DNA of 40,533 nt. Source: a virus. How positions within the stretch are numbered: position 1 is the first letter of the stretch; each line of letters begins with the position of its first letter. A program made the position numbers and the translations under genes. Under the pieces are notes generated by a model. The model was given only the letters and a program-made list of their open reading frames with translations, did not search any database and was not told the DNA's origin. The DNA lies in IMG/VR virus record IMGVR_UViG_3300044562_000007. The stretch is one strand, 5' to 3'. Shown here piece by piece: positions 1-9,300 of this stretch.

Positions 1-127
1 TAGTAAGTTTGACGACATCAAGGATCTTGAAAATAACACTCTTGATCCAGCTATTATTGCTACATCAGCATTTGTTACTAACCAATCTGGTTTCAATGTT
101 TTAAGTAAGATGAAAGATGCAAATGGT
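1..127. repeat. Terminal overlap, copy 1 (identical to 40407..40533)
   Basis: Base-by-base comparison of the two window ends. Confidence 0.95.
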
Positions 128-472
128 GATTACTTAATTCAACCTAATGTAACTAATCCAGAAGTTAAGCAAATTGGTGGTCATATTGTACAAGTGATTG
201 CTGATCGCTGGTTGCCAGATGTTTCAGGTTCACACCCACTTTACTTTGGTGACTTGAAACAAGGTATTACCTTATTTGACCGTCAAAGAATGTCAGTCAC
301 TCCAACTAACATTGGTGGTGGTGCATTTGAAACTGATACTACTAAGATTCGTTTCATTGATCGTTTCGATGTTCAACTAATTGATGATGGTGCATTTGCA
401 GCTGCATCTTTTAAGACTGTGGCTGATCAAGCTAAGGGCGCTTCTGACACTGGTACCTCTTCAGGTAAGTAA
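2..472 (+). CDS. Major capsid protein (HK97-like), C-terminal part; continuation of 39637..40533 across the circular junction
   Basis: Position 2 is in frame with the ORF opening at 39637 (770 nt before the junction). It lies directly downstream of the ClpP-like prohead protease. The combined ORF is 413 aa. Confidence 0.85.
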   Translation, partial: SKFDDIKDLENNTLDPAIIATSAFVTNQSGFNVLSKMKDANGDYLIQPNVTNPEVKQIGGHIVQVIADRWLPDVSGSHPLYFGDLKQGITLFDRQRMSVTPTNIGGGAFETDTTKIRFIDRFDVQLIDDGAFAAASFKTVADQAKGASDTGTSSGK

Positions 473-492
473 AAGATAGGAAGTGATCAGCG

Positions 493-855
493 ATGACCAC
501 TATTTTAAAGGTTGACGATGAATTCAAACGGGTGTTGGGATATTTACCTGATGATGACATGCTCGATGATCAGTTAATTCAGCGCATGGCATCTGCTCTT
601 GATGCTGCCGAAATTTACGTACAGGGAGCTGTGGGTGAAAATAAAGCAGATTTTTATCAAAATGAAAAAATTCTTCCACTTTATAAGCTCGCTTGTTATG
701 CAATTGGAGCAAACTGGTTTAATCATCCGTCAACTGCAGTATCTTCCACGACAGCAAAAGCCATTATTGGTCAGCTCCGTGGTTCTTACGATGAGAGCGA
801 GGCGAGTGATGATGGTTCAACTACAGAATCCAGATCGACTAACGGAACCAATTAA
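493..855 (+). CDS. Head-tail connector protein (gp6-like DNA-packaging/connector family)
   Basis: 120 aa immediately after the capsid gene. The N-terminus MTTILKVDDEFKRVLGYLPDDD...LIQ...AAEIYV is typical of gp6-like connectors. AGGAAGTGA RBS upstream. Confidence 0.7.
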   Translation: MTTILKVDDEFKRVLGYLPDDDMLDDQLIQRMASALDAAEIYVQGAVGENKADFYQNEKILPLYKLACYAIGANWFNHPSTAVSSTTAKAIIGQLRGSYDESEASDDGSTTESRSTNGTN

Positions 856-1165
856 CTTCGGTACTGTGGATGATCAGGATTATGACGTAAACGGTGTGTT
901 GAAAAATACATTTGTACAAATAGGAAATCCCACTTTATGTGGTCGGTGGCATTTAACTACTTCACAAATGATTCAACAGGCTGGCTTACAACAGACTAAT
1001 TCATTCATTGTCGTTGTACATCATCGCAGATCGTGGGAAGGAATCACTCATGCCAAATTGAGTGGGACTGTATATGAGGTGTCTGATATTAATCAGGACC
1101 CATACAGGAACCCTACAGCTTACGATCTGCTCACTCTTACTAAAGTGGGTGAGAATGATGGCTGA
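809..1165 (+). CDS. Head closure / head-tail adaptor protein
   Basis: The ORF-track frame 599..1165 is trimmed to ATG 809, which has GAGG 6 nt upstream. About 118 aa in the conserved position. The upstream part of the track ORF overlaps the connector gene out of frame. Confidence 0.6.
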   Translation: MMVQLQNPDRLTEPINFGTVDDQDYDVNGVLKNTFVQIGNPTLCGRWHLTTSQMIQQAGLQQTNSFIVVVHHRRSWEGITHAKLSGTVYEVSDINQDPYRNPTAYDLLTLTKVGENDG

Positions 1166-1622
1166 CTTAGATGAAGATTTGCTTAAATGGTATGAGCAAG
1201 TTGAGAAAACTGCCAAATTAACACCTGCTCAAAAAGCTCAAATTACTGGTGCAGGTGCTAAAGCATTTGCTAACAGCTTAAAGCAAACAACTCCAATGAG
1301 TAGTGAAAATTATAGTGGCGGTCGGTCAGTAGGGCATAATAATCAATTGCATGGCAAAAAACCACGTAAGACTAAGCATTTGAGAGATTCAATTACTTAT
1401 AAGCCAGGCTTTACTTCTGACAAGCTTTTTTCTGGTAATACTTCTGTTGGCTTTGAAGATAAATATCAAGCTATGGTGGCTCGTTTTGTTAATAACGGAA
1501 CTGCTGGAATGAGCCAGAAAAAAGTTAAGAACATGCATTTTATTGAAAAAGCCCAAAATCGAGCTAAAAACGAAATGCTTAAAGCTGAGGCCGAAAAATA
1601 TAAGGAAGTGATGGGCTTATGA
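1155..1622 (+). CDS. HK97 gp10-like neck/tail-component protein
   Basis: The in-frame ATG pair at 1155/1158 overlaps the upstream stop (1163..1165), giving MMADLDEDLLKWYEQVEKTAKLTPAQ. Size and position fit the gp10-like family. Confidence 0.6.
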   Translation: MMADLDEDLLKWYEQVEKTAKLTPAQKAQITGAGAKAFANSLKQTTPMSSENYSGGRSVGHNNQLHGKKPRKTKHLRDSITYKPGFTSDKLFSGNTSVGFEDKYQAMVARFVNNGTAGMSQKKVKNMHFIEKAQNRAKNEMLKAEAEKYKEVMGL

Positions 1623-1984
1623 CAGTAGTCTATGAGGTGTCTCAGGATTTAAATCAAGCAGGCATTAAGGGCTTAGGTCAAGCTTATCCTTTCAGGATTC
1701 CTCCAAGTTCTTTAGTAAAATACCAAGACAAAACTTTAATTGCTGTCTCTGAAGTGTTGGAAAATCCAACTGAGCATGGTAGCAATATTTATAATGAAAT
1801 GTCGGTACAGATTCAAGTAAAAATCTGTTATCCGATTGGTAAACACATTAATACGGACGTTTTTGAACAATCAATAGCGTCTTTTTTTATGCAAAAAGAT
1901 TGGCTCAGACAAGCAAACAGTGGACATTACATTGACGAGTCTGGGCACGCAGAAATTGATTTATTTTTTAAAAGGAGATTTTAA
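1619..1984 (+). CDS. Tail completion/terminator-like protein (assigned by position)
   Basis: 121 aa with an ATGA start-stop overlap with the upstream gene. It sits between the neck proteins and the major tail protein. Confidence 0.45.
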   Translation: MTVVYEVSQDLNQAGIKGLGQAYPFRIPPSSLVKYQDKTLIAVSEVLENPTEHGSNIYNEMSVQIQVKICYPIGKHINTDVFEQSIASFFMQKDWLRQANSGHYIDESGHAEIDLFFKRRF

Positions 1985-1987
1985 AAC

Positions 1988-2662
1988 ATGGAAATTACAG
2001 GTTTAAATGACTTCATCGTGTGGATGTATGATAAATACGGTAATGTAATCACTGATCCAGATTCTGGTGGTTTTCCATACGATGGCGACAAGGGTAAGGT
2101 ATTTACCAAAACAGGACAAGAAATTAAGGGTCTGTTCAAGGTTGACTTGCAATCATCACTTGGTGCTACTCAAGCTAATATCACTGGTTTAGCTCCATCA
2201 GTTAACCGTGTTTATGGTTCTAACTTTGTTGCTGAAGTAAATTCAGGTGCAGAACAACCTTCAATTGCTTTAGCTGCAAATGATATTCCACACGGCGTTT
2301 ATGATCTTTTGACGGGTCTTAAGAAGGATCAAAATGGTGGCTATGCTCGTAAAGGTAAAGTTGAATCAGCTACTGGTGGTGTCATTGTTCACTCATATAA
2401 CACTCACAAGAGCGTTGATATGTATATGGCATTTCCAATGGGCTCATTCGTACCTGGCGAACTTAACATGGGTACTAACACTGAAAATCCTAATGTTGTC
2501 CACGATGCGTTGACTTTGAACGCTCAAGCTCGTGGTAAGGACCAATTGCTTTATGAAAAGTTCTATTCAGATGAACAAGGCTTTGATGTTGATCAGATGA
2601 TCGCTTATATCACTGGCGCTAGTGTAACTGGTGCTACTTCATCCCCCAAAGTAGGCGCTTAG
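1988..2662 (+). CDS. Major tail protein
   Basis: 224 aa directly upstream of the chaperone pair and the tape measure, followed by a strong terminator hairpin. This is canonical siphovirus gene order. Confidence 0.65.
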   Translation: MEITGLNDFIVWMYDKYGNVITDPDSGGFPYDGDKGKVFTKTGQEIKGLFKVDLQSSLGATQANITGLAPSVNRVYGSNFVAEVNSGAEQPSIALAANDIPHGVYDLLTGLKKDQNGGYARKGKVESATGGVIVHSYNTHKSVDMYMAFPMGSFVPGELNMGTNTENPNVVHDALTLNAQARGKDQLLYEKFYSDEQGFDVDQMIAYITGASVTGATSSPKVGA

Positions 2663-2711
2663 TTAATTAGCTGGGTGGGTAGTGGCAGGTAAATCTTAAT
2701 AGCTATTAATT

Positions 2712-2741
2712 AAGGAACGGCTTAAGCCGTTCCTTTTCTTT
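2712..2741 (+). terminator. Rho-independent terminator after the major tail gene
   Basis: Perfect 10-bp stem AAGGAACGGC / GCCGTTCCTT with a TTAA loop, followed by TTCTTTC. Confidence 0.8.
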
Positions 2742-2759
2742 CGAAAGGAAAATTAAAAC

Positions 2760-3113
2760 ATGTCAGTAAAAGTAAACGGAAAGAAATTGCATCTAACTAC
2801 ATTTGAAATTCCAACAACGGGTAAAAACATTCGTAAGTGTTTAGTAGCACAAAAGAATTTTGCAGAAGTTGGTGAAGTTATTGATCACGTTAATACTGAT
2901 GATGACGATTCAATGATTAAGGCATTAGATGCTCAAATTAAATTAATCGACACTTACACAGAATTCTTAAAGCCGATTTTGCACTTGTCAGATGAACAAG
3001 CAAAAAAAGTAGAAGATTCAGATTTTAATGACGTGGTTGAATTTACTAATGAAGTAATTGGCAAGGTCTTAGGTTACGACTCTAGTAAAAGCACAGAATC
3101 AGAAGATAAGTGA
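2760..3113 (+). CDS. Tail assembly chaperone (gpG-like)
   Basis: 117-aa acidic protein immediately upstream of the tape measure gene. Confidence 0.6.
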   Translation: MSVKVNGKKLHLTTFEIPTTGKNIRKCLVAQKNFAEVGEVIDHVNTDDDDSMIKALDAQIKLIDTYTEFLKPILHLSDEQAKKVEDSDFNDVVEFTNEVIGKVLGYDSSKSTESEDK

Positions 3114-3141
3114 TGAAGATCCTGCTAGAGCATATGAACAA

Positions 3142-3324
3142 ATGATCGAGGACTTTGATTACTCGGAGCAACAAATGATCCTAAATGCTCATATGTCTGT
3201 GGATGAATTTGAAAACACCGATTACTACAGACTAATCGAAATTATGAATGCAAAACCACGGGATAAGCGTCCTAAGACGTTGTGGGAATTTGCAGACAAT
3301 TTAGACAAAACAGAAAGGAGGTAA
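3142..3324 (+). CDS. Second tail-chaperone ORF (gpT-like position); possibly expressed as a frameshift extension
   Basis: 60 aa between the chaperone and the tape measure. Its frame is open from 3073 and overlaps the upstream gene by 41 nt in the +1 frame. Confidence 0.45.
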   Translation: MIEDFDYSEQQMILNAHMSVDEFENTDYYRLIEIMNAKPRDKRPKTLWEFADNLDKTERR

Positions 3325-3328
3325 ATGA

Positions 3329-6300
3329 ATGGCAGGAAATATTCCAATGGGATCCATGTCAACTGAAATCAAGTTAAATGGCTCTCAATCAGTTAAAACT
3401 TTACGTGAATTAAAACAAGCCGTTACTCAAGCCACTAGTGCTTGGAAAGCTCAAAGAGCTGAACTGTCTACTATTGGCAAGTCAACAGAAGCTGCAGAAG
3501 CTAAGTATAAAGGCTTAGCAGAAACGATTAAAAAGCAAAAAGATTATATTTCTGGTTTGCAAGAAGCTCAAAAGCACTTAACAGAAGCCCAGAAGTCTGT
3601 TGATCGTTCTACTAAAGAAGGTCGGCAAGAATACGGTAAGTATAATGAAGCTTTGCAGAAAAATGAAACTAGAATTCATTCTGCTGAGCAAAAATTAGCT
3701 TCATTAACTAATCAGCAAACTAAAGCTAAGTCATCTTTGAACTATTACAAGTCTGGTTTAGCTGATGTTCAAAAACAATTAAAAACTAATGAGTCAGTTG
3801 CTAAGTCTTACGTGGTACGACTTGAAGCAGAGGGTAAAGGCTACGAGTCTGCAAAAGCTAAATTAAATTCTTATAAGGATTCTTTAGCTAATTTACGTAA
3901 GCAACAATCTATTCAAACTAGTGAACTCTCTCGTATTGCTCGTGAGACAGGAAAATCAAGCGATGCCTATAAACGTCAAGAGGTCAGAGTTAATCAAACC
4001 GCAACTAGCATTGCTAAATTAAACAGCAAGATTAAATCTAGTCAAACTGAAGTTAATAAATTAAATCCTCATGGTTTTAATAAATTAGCTAATGGTGCCC
4101 AACATGTAACTAATGTGGCTGAAAAAATGAAATCAGGTTTAAAACATGCCTGGGATAATGTTAAAACTGGCGCAACTGCCGCAGCTGCTGGCATTGGTGC
4201 TGTGGGTGCAGCTGCTCTCTCTGGTGCTAAAAAAGCTGGTAATTTACAACAAGTCTATAAAGAAATCACTAACTTAGCAGTTACTGGCGGTGAGAAACAA
4301 CGTGAAGCGATTAAAAATGTAACTGCAATGCAACGTCAAGGTCGTGATATGTCAATCAAGTACGGCAAATCACAACAAAACATTGCAGAAGCTTTCGAAG
4401 ATTTAGTAAAGCGTGGTTACACCACTAAGCAAGCCTTAGGGGCTATGCGAACCGAATTACAAGGCTCAGTTGCTTCAGGTGACGATTTCAAGGACGTTGT
4501 ATCTGTATCAAGTACTGTGCTTGAATCTTTCGGTATGCGTGCTAAGACAGTTGCTCAAATGACCAGCAATACTAAGCGTGCGGTTAACGAATTAGCTTAT
4601 GCGGCTGATATGACTTCCACAGGATTTAAAGACTTAGGATATGGGATGTCCTATGTCGGATCATCTGCTCATCAAGCAGGTTTCAACTTATCTGAAACTG
4701 CTAGTGCAATGGGTATCTTAAGTAATAATGGTTTGGAAGCGTCAAAAGCTGGTACTGGACTTAATCAGGTTATTAACCGTTTGTCTGATGCTACTGGTAA
4801 GTTAGTTAAGGGCGATAAAAAGAATGCGTTAGCTAAATTAGGTATCAAACCTAAAGAAATTACTGATTCAACTGGCAAACTTAAAAACTTAGCTACTGTC
4901 TTTGGTGTTTTAAATAAACACATGAAAGGCATGACTAAGGTTCAAAAAATTAATATCATGAAATCCCTCTTTGGGATGACTGGTGAACAAGCTGGTTTAA
5001 TCTTAGCTAAGTACAACAAGCAACTTGGTTCATTAAGTAAGAATGTTCTTAAAGCTGGTAAGAATGGTAAATATGTCGCTGATTTGTCTGCTAAAAATAG
5101 CCAAACTGCAAAAATGCAGATGGCTAGGTTAAAGCAGGCTGGGAATGCATTTGCCATGACTCTTGGTGCAAAAATGCTACCAGCAATTAATGAAGCTGGC
5201 GATTCTTTAGTTGTCTTTTTAACTAAGTCAAAAGATGGAAAACGTCTTACTAATGATTTTGCTAAGGCTGTGGAAGGCTTAGCAACTGCTTTAGCTAATA
5301 CAATCAAATGGATTGCACATCACAGAACAGAAACTAAATTAATTGCTGAAGGCTTGGGCGCTGCTTATGGTGTTGTAAAGTTAGCCAGTTTTGTCCAATG
5401 GCTTAATAAAACTCGTCTTGCTTTCAAAGGTTTAAGCATTGGCTCCAAGCTACTAAGTGGCTGGGATAAATCTCTAATTCATTTATCCAATGCTAAAACT
5501 AGAATCGGTAAAATTGCTTCTGCAATTGGCAAGCTAAACGGTAAATTTCTAAGTGTTGGTAAAAAACTTGGAACTGCTTTAGGCAATGGACTTAAGAGCG
5601 TTGGCGACAAAGCTTTATCTGCTGGCAAATTCCTTGGTTCAAAAATCACTCAAGGAATTAAAGCAACTATGAAATTTAGCATGGGCAAACGTCTTGCCAC
5701 TGGTGCTTTAGCTGGTGCAGCAGTTGCCACTCCTGAAGTGGTTAATGCTATAAAAGACCGTCGCTCTGCTAATAAACGTTCACAGGACATTGGCGGTGCT
5801 GTGGGTGCATTAGCTGGTGGTACATTAACCAGCATGATACCTGTAGTTGGACCGCTTTTAGCTCCTGTTGGGGCTATTATCGGTAAATATGCTGGTCAAT
5901 GGGGCGGTAAAGCCGTTAATAGTTTCACTAAAGGCTGGCAGAAAAACAAGCCACCTAAAAAGTTCTGGTCTCTTGAAAATCTTGGCTACTCTGCCCATAA
6001 CATGTGGAAGGGATTTAAGAAATCCGTTACTAATGTTGCTAAATGGTTCAAGAAAAATTGGAAAGAAGTTGGAGTTTACTTTATTAGCCCACTCGTCGGC
6101 GCTATCAACTCACTGTATAAACACAACAAGAAATTCCACAAGTGGGCAAATGACTTAGCTAAGGGCTTTAGAAACGCATGGAAGGGCATGACTAAGTGGT
6201 TTAAGAACTTAGGCAAGAATATGGCTAAGGGACTTAAGTCAGCTTGGAAAGGTATGGCTAAATGGTTTAGTAACATTGGCAAGGGCGTGCGTAATGCATG

Positions 6301-9300
6301 GCATTCAATGACCAGTTGGTTTACTAGACTTGGTTCTGCTATGTCTAGGGGACTTAAAGCCACATGGCATACAGTAGCTAGATGGTTTGGCGGTATTGCT
6401 CGTGGAGTCCAACGTGTTTGGTCAGGAGTGCCCCACTTCTTTGGTCGTGTAGGTTCTGCATCAGTAAGACTATTTAAATCAGCATGGCATGGCGTTACTT
6501 CATGGTTTGGCGGTATTATCAACGGTATCAAGAAAGCATGGGATAATTTCTTCGGTGGCATCAGTAGTACCGTTAAAGTCATCGGTAAATTGCTTGGTGG
6601 CAAGGTTAAGGTTGGTAATGTTCATTTAGCAAATGGTACTGATTGGAAGAAGCGTTATGGTTATCCAGCTATCTTAAATGATGGCTCAGATAGCCCAGCC
6701 ACAGGCAATCGTGAGGGCATTCTTAATCCTGACGGCACTGTGGAAGTTCAACAAGGCACTAATGTACCTCGCTGGATTTTCCCATGGCAAGATGTAATCA
6801 ATGCTCACGATATGGCCCGTATTTTTGGACGCTCAGCACGTTTAGCTAACGGTACAGTTAACTTACGCAGTCTTGAAACTAACGACCCTACAAAGCTCTT
6901 ATCAACTCTGACAAGACTTATCAAAAAGAAATACGATGAAGATCGGCAACATCACGAAAAACAGAGACAACGTCATGATCGAAATGATAATGACAGAGCT
7001 GTTGAACGTGAGCGTCTTATTAAACAAGAACACGATGCTAAATCCGAAAGAACTAAAATTGCTAAAGAAATCCGTGAGGCTTTAAGTAAAGGCAGAAATA
7101 CTAAAGGCTTAACTGCTCAATTTAATGCATTAACTAAACATATTTCTAACTTTAAACATTCGATTGCTAAAACAAACCCTCATCATGGTCAAGTGTACGT
7201 TGACGAAGGTCTTTTGATTGGTGCAAAGTCAAGAATTGGTAAATCCAAGTGGATTAGTGATGCATTATTTAAGAAACTGACTACTAAGCCTAAGGCAACT
7301 CATAAACGGGCTTCCACAAGAAAGCATAGAACTACTAGAAGACGTTCCTATAGTTCACGTTCTTACTCTTCTGTATCTGTTCCTAAAGTACGCACTTCAA
7401 ATGTATCTGTTGGAGTCAGTTCTAAATCAGTAATTGTGTCCGCTAAAGTTGTGGGTACTAAAAATGTTAAGGCTCTTGAAAAAACAATGAAGCGGATTAA
7501 GGGCGGTACTCGCAAGATTACTGTTAAAGCTAAAGGTAGTAAGTCGCTTAAATCACTTGCTAAAACTGTTAAAAAAGTTAAAGGCAAGACAAGCTATATT
7601 AAAGTTAAAACTTCTGGTACTCATAGTCTTAAATCTTTAAGTAGTCATATTGCATCTGTACATGAACGAGTAAATTCTTTAAACAAATCTGTTAAAAAGA
7701 CCAAATTTGGTACTGATATTGCTGAACAAGCTGGAAAAGCTACTAAGGCTTTAAAAGGTGAAGGCAATTTTGCTAAAGTAATCAATATCATGTCTAAGAA
7801 ATCTACTAAAGATTTCAAGGACATGGTTAAGAGCATTAACAAAGATACAAATAAAATCAGAAAATCTACAGAATCTGATTTCTCTAATATGTACAAAAAA
7901 TCCTATTCATCTATGAATAGGCTGCACAGTGGTGTAATTAGATTAGCAAAGTCTACTGCTAGTGGTTTTGGCAATGCTATGAAGAAAATGGTTAGTTATG
8001 CTAGTGATTCTATGAGAGGAACTATTAGACAGATTAACCGTGGTATTCGTGGCATTGACCGTGTATTGAAGCAATTTGGTGGTAACAGTAGTGTTATCAA
8101 CCCAGTTCACTTTGCTGGTGGTACTGATGCTAATGGCCGCTTAACTCATGATACTTTAGCAGTGGTTAATGATGCTACTACTGGTCCACGGCAGGAAGCA
8201 ATTGTAACTGACCAAAATGATGTCATTATTCCACACGGCGATAATCGTCCAATGATGCTACGCAAAGGCTGGGGCGTTTTAAATGGCACTCAAACTCAAA
8301 GCTTAGGGCTTCCACACTTTGCTAAGGGTACTGGCGTTAAGAAAGATGCGCTTAGAAAATTAGCTGAAAATTCTTTGAAGCATTTTGCTGATAGTTTCAA
8401 ATCAATGTTCACTAAAAACATTCCTTCAAGTGGCTCAGACTTGACGCAAGGTGCAACTGACTTAGGCAAAAACTCTGGCACTCACTACGGTAATCCGTGG
8501 AGCAATGCAATGTGGACGGTCATTAATAATGCCATTGGCACTGGTGGCGGTACACGAGCAGCATTTCTTAGATATGCTAAAGAAACTTTTGATGGTGTTA
8601 AATACTTAATGGGTGCTGCAAGCAAGACATTATCTGACTGTTCAGGTATGGTAATGCAGGCTTTGAGACACTTCGGAATTGATATTGGTCGTACTACTGT
8701 TGATATGGCTAACAGCTCAGGTACTAAATACTTAGGTAAATCGCTATCTAAGACTAAACCAGGTGACCTTGTAATTTTCGGGCATGGAACTGGTGCAGCA
8801 GGTCACGTTGGCATCATCAATAATCCAGCTAAAGGTACAATGTTCAACGAAACACCACCTTATGCAAGAATCAGTAAGATTTCTGATGCGATGAGCATGG
8901 GCTATGGCTATTACAGAGTTAAAGGCTTGCACGATGCTTCCAAGAATCATCCCAAAGCTGATCCTCGTTTGATGGCTTTAGCAAAGCGTGAACTTGGTCA
9001 TAAAGCTTTAAGTTGGATAAGTGATACATTATCTGAAAATGAAGGCTCAATGGCTGGTAAACCAACTGGTGATCACTTGCATTGGATGAAACAAGCTCAC
9101 ATTCCTGAAAAAGATTGGTCAAGCATTAACTGGATTGTAAGCTCAGAATCTGGCTGGAATCCTCATATTGTCAACCCATCCAGCGGTACTTATGGTTTAG
9201 GACAGATGCAAAGCTATAACTTGCATTATTACACTAGACATGGATCTAAGAGCAATCCTATTGCACAATTAATGGGCATTATGGATTATATTCATGATCG

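Noticed and set aside
1-127. The 127-bp terminal direct repeat read as a physical DTR, an LTR or a mobile-element end
   Set aside because: It lies in the middle of the capsid ORF, which is in frame across the join. The genome carries a cos-type packaging module whose ends should map near 33.5 kb. An exact k-mer-length overlap is the expected artefact of a circular contig.
524-1216. ORFs 524..712 (-) and 1001..1216 (-), and the N-terminal extensions of 599..1165 and 1062..1622
   Set aside because: The antisense ORFs overlap well-supported connector genes. The long N-terminal extensions overlap the preceding genes out of frame. Internal ATGs with RBS or stop-start overlaps (809 and 1155) give proteins of canonical size.
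3060-3113. A canonical -1 programmed frameshift between the two tail chaperone ORFs
   Set aside because: The -1 frame is closed by TAG (3083) and TAA (3086) within the overlap. Only the +1 frame is open, so the standard XXXYYYZ -1 model cannot apply.
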